Origin: an uncultured delta proteobacterium
GTDB taxonomy: Bacteria; Desulfobacterota; Syntrophia; Syntrophales; UBA2185
Length of the DNA: 64,000 bases
Reading direction: 5' to 3'
Assembly: GCA_963695875.1 (NCBI GenBank)
Contig: CAVOID010000004.1
Coordinates: 246,151 to 310,150, forward strand
The position numbers and the translations under genes are program-made. Of the stretch, positions 31,613 to 42,488 are shown in pieces. Under the pieces are notes generated by a model, which made no database searches, was not told where the DNA came from, and saw only the letters and a list, made by a program, of their open reading frames with translations. Within the stretch, counting starts at the first letter, position 1. Every line of letters begins with the position of its first letter.

Positions 31613-32091
31613 AGACCTACCTTAACAACGTACTTCCATATATCTAAATTTAATCGATAGAAATGAAAAACTCAAGTCATTTTAATATAATTTTCTAAGA
31701 ACTCTTTAATACAGCCTTCCTTGGATACTTAAGTGGCCCAGAGGAGTGCCACATAATTCTGCACGAAAGTACCGTACCGAAAATTCCTATAAAGATCAGC
31801 CGGTCATAAAAAGAAACATTATGGGTTGAAATGTTGTAAGGCGGGCAGAATTGTAAAAACAACATCACCGGGATGAAGGAATGAATCATTTAGATCAGTT
31901 TTTTTGTTTTAAAGTGAACGTTCAAAGACAGGATCGTAAATAATGCTTACGATGACATTCCCATTGACAGTTGGCAGGAGAAGTTTTAAATAACCTGTTA
32001 ACATTTTACCCGCTGAGAAATAATTACTTTGCGGGCGCAGACAAAGAATTCAGCAATTTCCCTTCCCCCGGGGAAGTTTTATGAGAGTGAT

Positions 32092-32872
32092 ATGAAGATT
32101 TCCGTAGACATTAACTGCGACATGGGAGAATCTTTCGGGGCCTATAAAATAGGCAGAGACGAAGATGTCATCCGCTATATCACGTCTTCCAATATCGCCT
32201 GCGGGTTTCATGCGTCGGATCCGAGTGTCATGGAAAGAACCGTGCGGCTCTGCAAAGACCACCGCGTAAGCGCGGGCGCGCACCCCGGCTATCCCGATTT
32301 GTCCGGTTTCGGAAGACGGTTCATGGATATGGACCAGAAGGAATTAATAAACGCCATCGTATACCAGGTGGGGGCATTGCAGGGATTTCTTGCCCTTTAT
32401 CAAATGCCGCTGCAGCACGTGAAGATGCACGGCGCACTTTACAATTATCTGATCAAAGAGGAAAGTCTTTTTCTGGAGATCATTGAAACAGTGAAAAACG
32501 CCTTCGGAGACCTGATTTTTTTGACGCTTTTCACGGATCGGACGGCAGCGCTCAAGAAAGCCTTACGGAAGAAGGGTGTAAGAATTGCGTTGGAGGCTTT
32601 TCCGGACAGGAACTACAGCGACAATGGAGAACTTCTTTCGCGAAAACATAAAGAGGCGGTATTGAAAGATCCGGAGCTTAATCGCTAAAAGGGCGGTACG
32701 AATGGTCAAGGAGAGGGGGATCGAGAGCGTCGGCGGACGCTGGCTGGATATGGAGGTGGATACATTGTGTATACACGGTGACAACCTGGAAAGCATTGAT
32801 GCCGCAAGAAGGATGAAAACGTATTTTGAACAGGAACACATTCACATTAAGCCACTGGAAGATCTCTTATAG
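32092..32872 (+). CDS. pxpA: 5-oxoprolinase subunit A (LamB/YcsF); frameshift near 32680
   Basis: DINCDMGESFG, NIACGFHA, GAHPGYPD, HVKMHGALYN and (second frame) DTLCIHGD. Confidence 0.92.
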
Positions 32873-32875
32873 CGT

Positions 32876-33517
32876 ATGAACATCTCAAGGTACGGCGAAG
32901 AGGGAATAAGGATATTATTTGGAGAAAAAATCGATCTGGAGATCCATGAAAGAGTCAGGCGATATTATTTTTTTCTGAAGTCCCTTCAATTAAAAGAAAT
33001 TACCGATATCATACCCTCCTTCAGATCCTGCCTTATTCTCTTTGACAGGAAGAAAACTTCATTCAAAACACTGACGACCTCATTGCAGGAGAAAGAGTTT
33101 TTTATAGGCCATGTCAATATTCCGGAGCCTAAGACCTGTGAGGTTCCTGTCGAGTACGGTGGAGAAAGCGGCTTCGACATTGATTTCATTGCGTCCCATA
33201 CGGGATTATCTGAAGATGAGATTGTAGAAATCCATACATCCGTTACATATACCGTCTTTGCAGTGGGATTCATGCCGGGATTTCCCTATTTGGGAATCCT
33301 TGATCAGAGATTGTATGTTCCGAGGCTTGAGACCCCCCGTTTAAGAGTTCCCGAGGGCTCCGTCGGCCTCGCTCAGCTTCAGACCGGAATATATCCCTTT
33401 CATTCGCCGGCGGGTTGGAGAATAATAGGGAAAACGAATAAGAAGCTCTTTGATTATAATAAGGAACCCTACAGCATTCTCCAGATTGGTGACAAAGTGA
33501 GATTTATAAGTGTATGA
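32876..33517 (+). CDS. pxpB: 5-oxoprolinase subunit B
   Basis: PVEYGG, GFMPGFPYLG and SPAGWRIIG motifs. Confidence 0.92.
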   Translation: MNISRYGEEGIRILFGEKIDLEIHERVRRYYFFLKSLQLKEITDIIPSFRSCLILFDRKKTSFKTLTTSLQEKEFFIGHVNIPEPKTCEVPVEYGGESGFDIDFIASHTGLSEDEIVEIHTSVTYTVFAVGFMPGFPYLGILDQRLYVPRLETPRLRVPEGSVGLAQLQTGIYPFHSPAGWRIIGKTNKKLFDYNKEPYSILQIGDKVRFISV

Positions 33518-34459
33518 TCGAGATCGTCCATCCGGGAATTATGTCCCTTGTCATTGACGGCGGCAGGTATGGACATAGGGAGGTAGGTGTTCCACCTTCA
33601 CCTGCCTTGGATAGTTATGCTTTGAGCACCCTCAATCATCTCCTGGGCAACGAGGATAATGCACCGGCCATCGAAGTATTCGGCGAAAAATTTTCTTTGC
33701 GATTTAATGCAGATGTCTGTTGCGCCATCACGGGAGCGAAGGTCAGAGCCAGCTTACAGGGCAGAACTTTGCATTCCTGGATGTCATTCGAGGCAAGATC
33801 AGGGGAGCTCCTGACGGTTGATAATGTAATGGATGGTTTCAGATATTACGTGGGCTTTTCCGGTACCCCGGTTCTGGAGAAGATTATTGAAAGTTATTCG
33901 ACCAATTTAGAATGTCGATTCGGCGGTTACCGGGGAAGGGCGCTCGCAGAAGGGGGACAGGATTGACTTTGAGAACATCAGGACGGTGAATATGCAACGG
34001 ATTCCGGAAGAGTTTATACCGAAAATGAATCCACCGCATACGTTGAGGGTGTTGAAAGGTCCGGAATTCCATTATTTCACTGAGGACTCTCTGGAAGAGT
34101 TCATGGACAGCGAGTCAAGGATGGTTTTCACAGTCTCCACGAAGGCGAACAGGACAGGTATCCGGCTGGAGGGTAAACCCTTGACATTTAGAGTAGGTGC
34201 AGATGAGAGCATCATATCAGAGGGCCTATTGCCCGGCAGTATCCAGGTCCCGGGAGACGGTTTGCCCATCATCCAGCTTCATGAACGTACCATCGGAGGG
34301 TATGCAAGACCGGCAGTTATTGCCAAAGCGGATCATGACCTTCTTGCCCATCTGAAACCGGGTGACTCAGTGACGTTCGAAATGATAGAGATGGAGGAGG
34401 CGGAGAGCCTCTATGACAGAAAAATGGAAATCGTAACATTATTAAAAAAAAGTATGTAG
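33514..34459 (+). CDS. pxpC: 5-oxoprolinase subunit C; frameshift near 33950
   Basis: DGGRYG..GVPPS, NRTGIRL, GSIQVPGDG and TIGGY motifs across two ORFs. Confidence 0.88.
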
Positions 34460-34469
34460 GAGGTAGCAC

Positions 34470-35726
34470 ATGTGGAAATTTGTGAGAGTATTTATTGCAG
34501 TGGTCATGATTTTATCTTTCACCTCTCTGGCATGTGCACAGAATGAGATCCGGATCGGTGTCATCTTTCCCCTTACCGGGCCCTTGGCAAGCACAGGACA
34601 GGGCCTGCTCAAAGGTGTCGAGTTAGCAGCTGATGTTATAAATAACAAATACAATCTGAATATGCCCCTGGCAAAAACTGCAGGTCTGCCGAATTTGAAA
34701 GGTGCAAAAATCAAAATAATTCCCGGTGACCATCAGGGCAAGCCGGAAGTCGGCATGGCAGAGGCGGAGCGTCTCATCACCCAGGAAAAAGTCGTTGCCA
34801 TCATCGGCTGTTATAACAGTGCAGTTACGGCCACGGCTTCTCAGGCAGCAGAACGCTATGACATTCCTTTCCTGAACGACAGTTCCACATCGCCCGGTCT
34901 GACGGATAGGGGTTTCAAATGGTTCTTCAGGACGACGCCGCATGACGACATGTTCAGCGAAAACTTCTTCATCTTTCTAAATGATCTGAAAAAGAAGAAG
35001 ATCGCCGTAGGATCCATTGCGCTGCTTTATGAAAACACGCTGTTCGGTTCGGACTCACGAAAATATCAGGAAATGTACGCCAAGAAGTATGGGTACCAAA
35101 TCGTTGGCGCCGTCCCCTACCCGGCAAAAAGCACCCAGTTAACCTCTGAGATTCAGAAACTCCGGAGTTATAATCCATCCATTATCATGCAGACGTCTTA
35201 TACGGCAGATGCCATTCTGTCAATGAAGACATACAAGGAACTCAATTTCGCACCAACAGCTCTAATTGCCAACGATGCCGGCTTTAACGATCCGGATTTG
35301 ATCAAGTCCCTCGGAAAAGACGCAGACTACATCTTCAGCAGGGAAGTTTGGGCTAAAGACCTTTCGGCAAAAAAAACGATGATCAAAACGGTGGCCGACA
35401 TGTTTGAGAAAAAGGCTGGAAAACCCATGTCGGGTGACTATGCTCGTTCATTTACAGGCATGATAGTTCTGGCAGATGCCATCAACCGTGCCAAATCCAC
35501 GGAACCGGCAAAGATCCAACAGGCCCTGCTGGAAACGAACATCAAAGCCGACCAACTGATCATGCCCTGGGACGGTGTCAGGTTCGACCCGAAGACTCAT
35601 CAGAATGTCCTTGGCAAAGGCATCATTGTTCAGATCCAGAAAGGTGAGCGCTATACCGTATGGCCCTTCAATCTGGCTACAAAAGATGTGATCTGGCCTT
35701 TCCCGAAGTGGGACAGCAAAAGGTAA
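34470..35726 (+). CDS. Branched-chain amino acid (LivJ-type) ABC substrate-binding protein
   Basis: Signal peptide, [14 protein letters not shown] and WFFRTTP motifs. Confidence 0.9.
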   Translation: MWKFVRVFIAVVMILSFTSLACAQNEIRIGVIFPLTGPLASTGQGLLKGVELAADVINNKYNLNMPLAKTAGLPNLKGAKIKIIPGDHQGKPEVGMAEAERLITQEKVVAIIGCYNSAVTATASQAAERYDIPFLNDSSTSPGLTDRGFKWFFRTTPHDDMFSENFFIFLNDLKKKKIAVGSIALLYENTLFGSDSRKYQEMYAKKYGYQIVGAVPYPAKSTQLTSEIQKLRSYNPSIIMQTSYTADAILSMKTYKELNFAPTALIANDAGFNDPDLIKSLGKDADYIFSREVWAKDLSAKKTMIKTVADMFEKKAGKPMSGDYARSFTGMIVLADAINRAKSTEPAKIQQALLETNIKADQLIMPWDGVRFDPKTHQNVLGKGIIVQIQKGERYTVWPFNLATKDVIWPFPKWDSKR

Positions 35727-35794
35727 AAGCTTAGCCACCTGTTTTGAAGTGTCTAGGTAACTGCACAATATAATAAAAAAAGGAAGGACAAATC

Positions 35795-36658
35795 ATGGAG
35801 GGGGTATTTACACAAACCCTGGTGAGCGGCATATTGATCGGCTTCGTTTATGCACTGATCGCCGTCGGTCTCACGATGATTTTCGGGATGATGGATATCG
35901 TCAATTTTGCCCATGGTGAATACCTCATGGTCGCCATGTATTTCTCTTACTGGTTTTTCATACTCTTCGGCATGGACCCCCTCTATTCCCTTCCCTGGGT
36001 GACGGTCCTTCTTTTCCTCCTCGGAGTCATTACCTACTACGTCTTCATCAAGCCGATCATCAACGCCCCCATGCTTTCCCAGATCTTCGTGACCTTCGGC
36101 ATCCTGATTCTTCTGAGAGGCCTGGCCCAGTATTTCTGGAAGGCGGATTACCGCATGATCCCCCAAACGTTGACAAGCGGCAATATCAGTGTTTTCGGCG
36201 TCTACATTGGTATTTCGCAACTCGTTGCTGCGGGGGGCGCCGTCTTTTGCAATGGTCTCATCTTCTGGTATCTTAAGTCAACCAAGGTGGGTATGGCTCT
36301 GGAGGCCGTTTCCGAAGACAAGGAATCGGCGAGACTCATGGGAATCAACAGTGATCGAATGTTTGCTCTGGCCTGGGGTATCGGCATAGCCACCGTCGGC
36401 GTCGCCGGCGGCTTGCTGTCCAACTTCTATTATGTGTTTCCGGAAGTGGGCTCGAATTTTTGTTTGATTGCTTTTGTCGTGGTTGCCCTCGGTGGTTTCG
36501 GCAGTGTGGTGGGAGCATTCATCGCGGGGATTATTGTGGGACTGGTAGAGGTGTTGAGTGGCTATCTCATAGCGCCTTCTCTGAAGTTCATGTTTGTCCT
36601 GCTCTTATACCTGGTTGTAGTCTTTATCAGACCGCAGGGGTTCATGGGAAGGAAATGA
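35795..36658 (+). CDS. livH: ABC permease, LivH-type
   Basis: GLTMIFG..IVNFAHG, VVALGGFGS and RPQG motifs. Confidence 0.88.
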   Translation: MEGVFTQTLVSGILIGFVYALIAVGLTMIFGMMDIVNFAHGEYLMVAMYFSYWFFILFGMDPLYSLPWVTVLLFLLGVITYYVFIKPIINAPMLSQIFVTFGILILLRGLAQYFWKADYRMIPQTLTSGNISVFGVYIGISQLVAAGGAVFCNGLIFWYLKSTKVGMALEAVSEDKESARLMGINSDRMFALAWGIGIATVGVAGGLLSNFYYVFPEVGSNFCLIAFVVVALGGFGSVVGAFIAGIIVGLVEVLSGYLIAPSLKFMFVLLLYLVVVFIRPQGFMGRK

Positions 36659-36665
36659 TTCAGTC

Positions 36666-37610
36666 ATGAAGAAGGGTTTGTTGGCATTTCTCTTGTTAAT
36701 TAGCGGTCTCGCCGTATTCCCGCTTTTTTTCCGTGACCCGTTTCTGTGCCATCTCATGATCATGATCATGATGTATGCCACGATGAGCATTGGCTGGAAT
36801 GTCATCGGAGGTTACACGGGCCAGGTCTCGTTCGGTAATGCCGCATTTTTCGGTCTGGGAGCTTATGCGACAGCGATCCTTCTGGTAAACTATAATATCA
36901 ACCCCTGGCTGGGAATGCTGGCTGGCTGTGTCATTTCCGTTTGTCTTGCTGTCATAGTCGGATACCCCTGTTTTCGCCTGCGGGGACATTATTTTGCTAT
37001 TGCCACAATCGCGGTTGGCGAAATCATGGGACTGATTTTTACCAACTGGGACTATGTCGGTGCTGCCGTGGGTATATACCTGCCCATCGTGGAGGAGTCG
37101 TTTACGAACTTTGAATTCCACTCCTCGAAGATCCCTTATTACTATATAATCCTGGCCATGCTGCTGTTTGCTATTGCCGTTTCCTATGCCATTGAAGAAA
37201 GCAGGCTGGGTTACTACTTGAGGGCGATTAAGGATGATCCTGACGGGGCGAGGAGTCTCGGGATAGATATTCAAAAATACAAAATGATCGCCTTCTCCAT
37301 CTCGGCCATATTGACCTCCATATGCGGTACGTTCTACGCCCAGTACGTGTTATATATCCACCCGTCAAGCACGATGGACCTTATGATGTCGATCCATCTT
37401 TGCATCATCGTAATGATCGGCGGTATCGGGAAGCTATTTGGACCCGTTCTCGGGGCCTTCGTGTTCATCCCGCTCATGGAGCTGACCAGGGTTTATCTCG
37501 GAAGTGAAGGACAGGGGATCGATATGATCATCTACTCCCTCCTCGTCATTATCATCGCTATCTGGCGGCCGCAGGGGTTGTGGGCCTTGTTTTCAAAAGG
37601 TGAAAAATGA
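36666..37610 (+). CDS. livM: ABC permease, LivM-type
   Basis: GYTGQVSFG, RLRGHYFAIAT and GPVLGA motifs. Confidence 0.88.
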   Translation: MKKGLLAFLLLISGLAVFPLFFRDPFLCHLMIMIMMYATMSIGWNVIGGYTGQVSFGNAAFFGLGAYATAILLVNYNINPWLGMLAGCVISVCLAVIVGYPCFRLRGHYFAIATIAVGEIMGLIFTNWDYVGAAVGIYLPIVEESFTNFEFHSSKIPYYYIILAMLLFAIAVSYAIEESRLGYYLRAIKDDPDGARSLGIDIQKYKMIAFSISAILTSICGTFYAQYVLYIHPSSTMDLMMSIHLCIIVMIGGIGKLFGPVLGAFVFIPLMELTRVYLGSEGQGIDMIIYSLLVIIIAIWRPQGLWALFSKGEK

Positions 37611-38362
37611 ATGCTGAGATCCTTGTAATTGACAATGTAACCAAGCGCTTTGGCGGGCTCACAGCCAATGAGAATATTTCCTTCTCCATGAAGGAAGGGG
37701 AAATCATCGGCCTTATAGGGCCTAATGGGGCCGGGAAATCCACACTGTTCAACTGTATATCCTGTTTTTACAATGCCGACAGCGGAAGAATCACTTTTAA
37801 AGGCCAGGAAATCACGCGCAAGAACCCGGAGTCCATCTGCCGAATGGGGATCGGCCGGACATTTCAGATCGTCCGGATTTTCCGGGACATGTCTGTATTG
37901 GAGAATATCATGATCGGGGCATTCCTGAGAAATCCGAGGCGTAAGGATGCTAAAGTGAAGGCTGAGGAAGTAGCCGGTATATTCCGGTTCACGGATAAGT
38001 TATCGGTGAAAGCCGCCTCCCTGACTATTTCCGAACAGAAAAGACTGGAGGTTGCCAGGGTCTTTGCAACAGGACCGGAAGTCATGCTGCTGGACGAAAT
38101 GATGGCGGGGCTCAATATACAGGAGATCAGGGAATCGGTTGAGCTTATCCTGCGGCTTAGGGACATGGGAATAACTCTTGTTCTTGTCGAACATGTCATG
38201 GAAGGCATAATGCCAATTGCAAATCGTGTCGTTGTTCTTGACTACGGGGAGAAGATCGCAGAAGGTACACCCGACGAGGTCATTAACAACGAGAAGGTCA
38301 TTGAGGCTTATTTCGGACAAAAATATGCTAAGCGTAGAGAACATAAAACTCGGCTACAATAA
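37607..38362 (+). CDS. livG: ABC ATPase, LivG-type
   Basis: GPNGAGKST, GRTFQ, LLDE and VIEAY motifs. Confidence 0.9.
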   Translation: MNAEILVIDNVTKRFGGLTANENISFSMKEGEIIGLIGPNGAGKSTLFNCISCFYNADSGRITFKGQEITRKNPESICRMGIGRTFQIVRIFRDMSVLENIMIGAFLRNPRRKDAKVKAEEVAGIFRFTDKLSVKAASLTISEQKRLEVARVFATGPEVMLLDEMMAGLNIQEIRESVELILRLRDMGITLVLVEHVMEGIMPIANRVVVLDYGEKIAEGTPDEVINNEKVIEAYFGQKYAKRREHKTRLQ

Positions 38363-39029
38363 CATCCCGGTGATTCATGACGTTTCTTTTCGCGTAGAGA
38401 AGGGCGAAATCGTATCGCTGATCGGCGGCAATGGAAACGGAAAATCGACCATTTTGAAGGGTCTGAGCGGTATCATGCACCCTGCATCGGGGAAGATAAT
38501 CTTCAATGATCAAGACATCACGATGGCGGAAGCTCATAAAATAGTCGCTTTGGGCTTGTCCCACGTGCCGGAAGGCAGGCGGCTTTTTCCCAATCTCAGC
38601 GTATACAAGAATCTGCTGCTCGGCGCCTATCTTATGAGTGACAAAAAGACTATTGCAAGTCGGCTGGAATATGTCTACAGCATCTTCCCGATCTTGAAGG
38701 ACAGGAGCCAGCAGAAGGCAAACACCCTCTCCGGCGGTGAACAGCAGATGGTGGCCATCGGTCGGGGGCTGATGAGTAAACCCAAGCTCCTGATGCTTGA
38801 TGAACCATCATGGGGGATTGCGCCGAAGCTTGTCGAAAAGATATTCGAGGTGATTCAGGAAATCCGGAAGGACGGCGTAACCATTCTCCTTGTCGAGCAG
38901 GATGTCCAGGAGGCCCTTGATATCTCTGACCGGGCTTACGTAATCCAGACAGGTGGGGTTTTGCTCGAGGGTACAGGCAAACAACTGCTGTCATCGGAGC
39001 TTATACAAAAGTCTTTCCTCGGTCTGTAA
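38325..39029 (+). CDS. livF: ABC ATPase, LivF-type
   Basis: GNGNGKST, VPEGRRLF, LSGGEQQM and LDEPS motifs. Start MLSVEN at 38325. Confidence 0.9.
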   Translation: MLSVENIKLGYNNIPVIHDVSFRVEKGEIVSLIGGNGNGKSTILKGLSGIMHPASGKIIFNDQDITMAEAHKIVALGLSHVPEGRRLFPNLSVYKNLLLGAYLMSDKKTIASRLEYVYSIFPILKDRSQQKANTLSGGEQQMVAIGRGLMSKPKLLMLDEPSWGIAPKLVEKIFEVIQEIRKDGVTILLVEQDVQEALDISDRAYVIQTGGVLLEGTGKQLLSSELIQKSFLGL

Positions 39030-39116
39030 TCCTGTCTAATGCCCTATCACATTTTGTGCAATCGGCGGGGTTCACTCCACGGCGAAGGCAGTCATTCGAC
39101 AGTTCAGAAGATGCAA

Positions 39117-40022
39117 TCATGTTTTATCGGGAGATGAGATAAAATAGAATTTACCTTCTTCGGTTCCTATGTTGCCATTTCTAATTAATCGCTCCAGGTG
39201 CTTGATTATCATTCCCCGTTCGGCGAACTCAAAGAAATACCGGGGCTGAAGCTCTCTCTTGAAAATGATCCAGCGCTCGACAATTTCATCTGTAGTTCTC
39301 GGCCTTTCCAAGAATTCCAATATCTTCTTTTCTCTCTGCGTAATAACGTTAAGATACGTTTCGACCATCTCGGTAATATCGCCTCTAATTATACCAGTTT
39401 CGTGCGAGGTGATATAAATGTCGGCCGGGATTTCCAATAATCTGCGCATGGATTGTATGGTCTGATCAATGTCAGACACCCTGTCGCCGTACCAGGGACC
39501 GAATCGGGAGAGGTCGAGATCCCCCATGAATAATATTCCCTGATCGGGAAAATGGAAACTGCAATGTCCGGCGGTGTGCCCAGGAGTGTGGATAACCCGC
39601 AATTTCGTGTCACCAAAAGTTAAGAGAGCCCCATCCGCAAACTCGACAGAGGGTGCGCGCTCCCGGAAATGAAATCTATTAAGAAAGAGATCGTCCCATT
39701 CCGCCCTGTATTTGGAATCGAGCAGTCCACAATAGTCCAGGAATGAGCTGTAGGACCTGAAGCATGTGCCTATGGCCTCGTGCACATAAAGTTCGGCTTC
39801 AGGAAATAGGTAATTAAAGGCAATATGATCCTCGTGGTAATGGGAGTTAATTATTATATCGACCTTTTTTCCCCGAGCAAGTTTCCTTAGAAATGATTCG
39901 TCCGATGCCGGATCGATGATTGCCTTTTTCTTATCATCGATGAACAAAGAATTGCAAAAGGGGTACTTTCCGCAACCCATCCCTGGAATAAAAACTAAAT
40001 TGCCAAACCTTGTCTCTTCCAT
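39117..40022 (-). CDS. Metallo-beta-lactamase-fold hydrolase with C-terminal helical domain
   Basis: SHYHEDH, HTPGHTAGH, GD and SH motifs. Confidence 0.88.
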   Translation of the reverse strand: MEETRFGNLVFIPGMGCGKYPFCNSLFIDDKKKAIIDPASDESFLRKLARGKKVDIIINSHYHEDHIAFNYLFPEAELYVHEAIGTCFRSYSSFLDYCGLLDSKYRAEWDDLFLNRFHFRERAPSVEFADGALLTFGDTKLRVIHTPGHTAGHCSFHFPDQGILFMGDLDLSRFGPWYGDRVSDIDQTIQSMRRLLEIPADIYITSHETGIIRGDITEMVETYLNVITQREKKILEFLERPRTTDEIVERWIIFKRELQPRYFFEFAERGMIIKHLERLIRNGNIGTEEGKFYFISSPDKT

Positions 40023-40140
40023 TTTTATGCTGATTCTATACTGATGACATGTAAGATGATAGCAAGAAGTATCAATCAATGCAGAGCGATTTATTTTATG
40101 ATGGCCTTTTCCACAGCTCCCTTAGTGCACGTGTGATTAT

Positions 40141-40335
40141 TCACTCTGCCGCAGAATTATGGATTTCATTCAATTTCCGATATAATGTGCTTCTCGCTAT
40201 TCCTAATTTTTTTGCGATCTTTCTTTTGGGTAAGTTTGATTTAATCATCTTCATTATTAATTCACGCTCTATTTTGTTTACCTGTTCAATTTTATAAATG
40301 TCTTCACTTGATTTTGAATCTGTAATTTCAGACGA
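40141..40335 (-). pseudogene. 3' remnant of a sigma54-activator-like gene (Fis-type HTH only)
   Basis: Translates as ...KIERELIMKMIKSNLPKRKIAKKLGIARSTLYRKLNE...stop. The 5' part is missing next to the att-like repeat. Confidence 0.65.
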
Positions 40336-40346
40336 CCTTTAATGCC

Positions 40347-40360
40347 CTTGGTGCCGAAGC
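40347..40360. repeat. 14-bp direct repeat of the tRNA-Leu 3' end (att-like site)
   Basis: CTTGGTGCCGAAGC is identical to 47565-47578. Confidence 0.75.
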
Positions 40361-40629
40361 TGGGATTGAGTTATTGGATCTCCAGTTCGAGTACATCATA
40401 ATTAAAGGAAATGAGCAAGCGTGTCCAGCCGAAAGTGTAAGACTTGAATATTTGGCGAGGACTCACAACATTTAACCTGTCGGGCAATATAAAACGATTG
40501 ACTTTGAGTGTGAATTTTGCTCTTTCTTGCTATATGTGTTCATTTCCCAGCAAAACATAACTTTGGCATAGATGGTCCGGATGCCGGCGACACTCACGAA
40601 CGAACTGCGCAGGAAGAAGACTAAAGACA

Positions 40630-42339
40630 ATGGCAAAGAATATTTCTACCCTCCGAACAGCGAAGAAAGCAGCGGTCGAAAGCGACCAGCTATTGCGGAC
40701 CCTGACGGAGAAGTCTTTTGCGGGAATTTATGTTGTTCAGGATGGACGATTCCGTTTTGTGAATGCTAACGCGGCATCATATACGGGATATAAAGCTGGA
40801 GAGCTGATTGGAATGAAAGCGGACCGTATCGTACATCCGGAAGACAGGTCCATTGTGAAAAGAAATGCAAGGGATATGTTGAAGGGAGGACGCACATCGC
40901 CGCACGAGTTCAGAATCGTCACAAAAAAGGGGGATATTCGATGGGTCTTGGAAACGGTAACGTCCATCATGTACGAAGGTAAACGCGCCATCCTCGGGAA
41001 TTCAATGGACATTACAGAACGCAAACTGGCGGATGATATCGTGAGAGAATCGGGACGCCGTTTGTCGGATATCATCGATTTCCTACCCGATGCAACCCTG
41101 GCGATAGACAATAAGGGCAAAGTCGTCATCTGGAACCGCGCGATCGAGGAAATGACGGGCATTTCCGCCAAAGATATGCTGGGTAAGCGAAATTATGAAT
41201 ACGCCATCCCCTTCTATAACAAGAGAAGACCTTTGCTAGTAGATCTTCTGCTCAGGCCGGATGGGCGCATAGAGCAAAAGTACAGCATCATACAGAAACA
41301 AAAAGACCTCCTGATTGCGGAAGTTGAGATTCCGAACCTGAAAGGAAGAAGAACTTTTCTATGGGGAAAAGCGAGCCCGCTTCATGATGGCAGGGGGAAT
41401 ATTGCGGGCGCCATAGAAACGATTCGCGATATTACCGTTCGGCGTCTGGCAGAGGAGGCGCTCAAGGAGTCTGAGAGGCGCTTGGCTGATATTATCGATT
41501 TCCTCCCTGATGCGACCCTGGTTATTGATCGGCAAGGGAAAGTGATCGCCTGGAACCGCGCCATAGAAGAAATGACCGGAGTTTCCGCAAAAGACATGCT
41601 GGGAAAAGGAAAATATGCGTATGCGGTTCCATTTTACGGTAAACCCAGGCCTATCATGCTGGATCTGATACTGAAGCCGGATAAGAGAATCGAGCAGAGT
41701 TATTACTCCATTCTCGAAAGACAGAAAGACCTTTTGATTGTTGAAACATGGGTTCCTTTACTTAGAGGGAAAAGGGCATTCCTCTGGGGCAAAGCAAGTC
41801 CTCTTTATGACAGCAATGGATGCATTGTCGGCGCCATAGAATCCATTCGGGACATCACGAAGCGCAAGCAAGTTGAAGAAGCCCTGAAAAAAAGAGAGTC
41901 AGAAATGGAAGGCAAAAACATCCAACTGGAGGAACTTAACGCGGCCCTTCGGGTTCTGCTGAAACAGAGGGAAGAGGATAAGACAGATCTGGAAGAAAAG
42001 GTCCTGGCCAATGTCAAGCGGCTGATCGTGCCCTATCTGGAAAAGCTTCGGCTAGAGTCAAAAAGCAACAAAGCCCTGGCCTATCTGGGGACCCTTGAAT
42101 CGAACATCCAGGACATCATATCGCCTTTTGCGCACAAGCTCTCTTCGAGGTATGTGAGTTTGACGAATCGGGAGATCCAGATCGCAAACTTAATTAAAGA
42201 AGGCAGAACCACCAAGGAAATTGTTGATCTTCTAAGCATCTCCGAAAGCACTGTGAATATCCACAGATATCGCATCCGTTGCAGACTCGGCTTGACCAAA
42301 AAACACAATCTCCAAGCATATCTATCCTCAATTATATAA
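40630..42339 (+). CDS. Triple-PAS, LuxR-HTH transcriptional regulator
   Basis: Three PAS/PAC units (DIT.RK/RR linkers) and C-terminal LTNREIQIA..IKEG.TTKEI...TVNIHR. Confidence 0.92.
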   Translation: MAKNISTLRTAKKAAVESDQLLRTLTEKSFAGIYVVQDGRFRFVNANAASYTGYKAGELIGMKADRIVHPEDRSIVKRNARDMLKGGRTSPHEFRIVTKKGDIRWVLETVTSIMYEGKRAILGNSMDITERKLADDIVRESGRRLSDIIDFLPDATLAIDNKGKVVIWNRAIEEMTGISAKDMLGKRNYEYAIPFYNKRRPLLVDLLLRPDGRIEQKYSIIQKQKDLLIAEVEIPNLKGRRTFLWGKASPLHDGRGNIAGAIETIRDITVRRLAEEALKESERRLADIIDFLPDATLVIDRQGKVIAWNRAIEEMTGVSAKDMLGKGKYAYAVPFYGKPRPIMLDLILKPDKRIEQSYYSILERQKDLLIVETWVPLLRGKRAFLWGKASPLYDSNGCIVGAIESIRDITKRKQVEEALKKRESEMEGKNIQLEELNAALRVLLKQREEDKTDLEEKVLANVKRLIVPYLEKLRLESKSNKALAYLGTLESNIQDIISPFAHKLSSRYVSLTNREIQIANLIKEGRTTKEIVDLLSISESTVNIHRYRIRCRLGLTKKHNLQAYLSSII

Positions 42340-42488
42340 TCTTTACTTTTTGTAAACAATCTTTAAAGAACTTCTAATATTGTTTTTCAACCTGCAATTC
42401 GTAATATAGTAAATAGAGGATATATGTAACCGACTACGATCACTAAACAAGAATCACATTTTTCGTTTAACCTTTAAAGGAGGGAACT

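Noticed and set aside
40347..40375. Second tRNA gene
   Set aside because: Only the 3'-terminal ~14 nt match and no cloverleaf can form. Treated as an att-like duplication.
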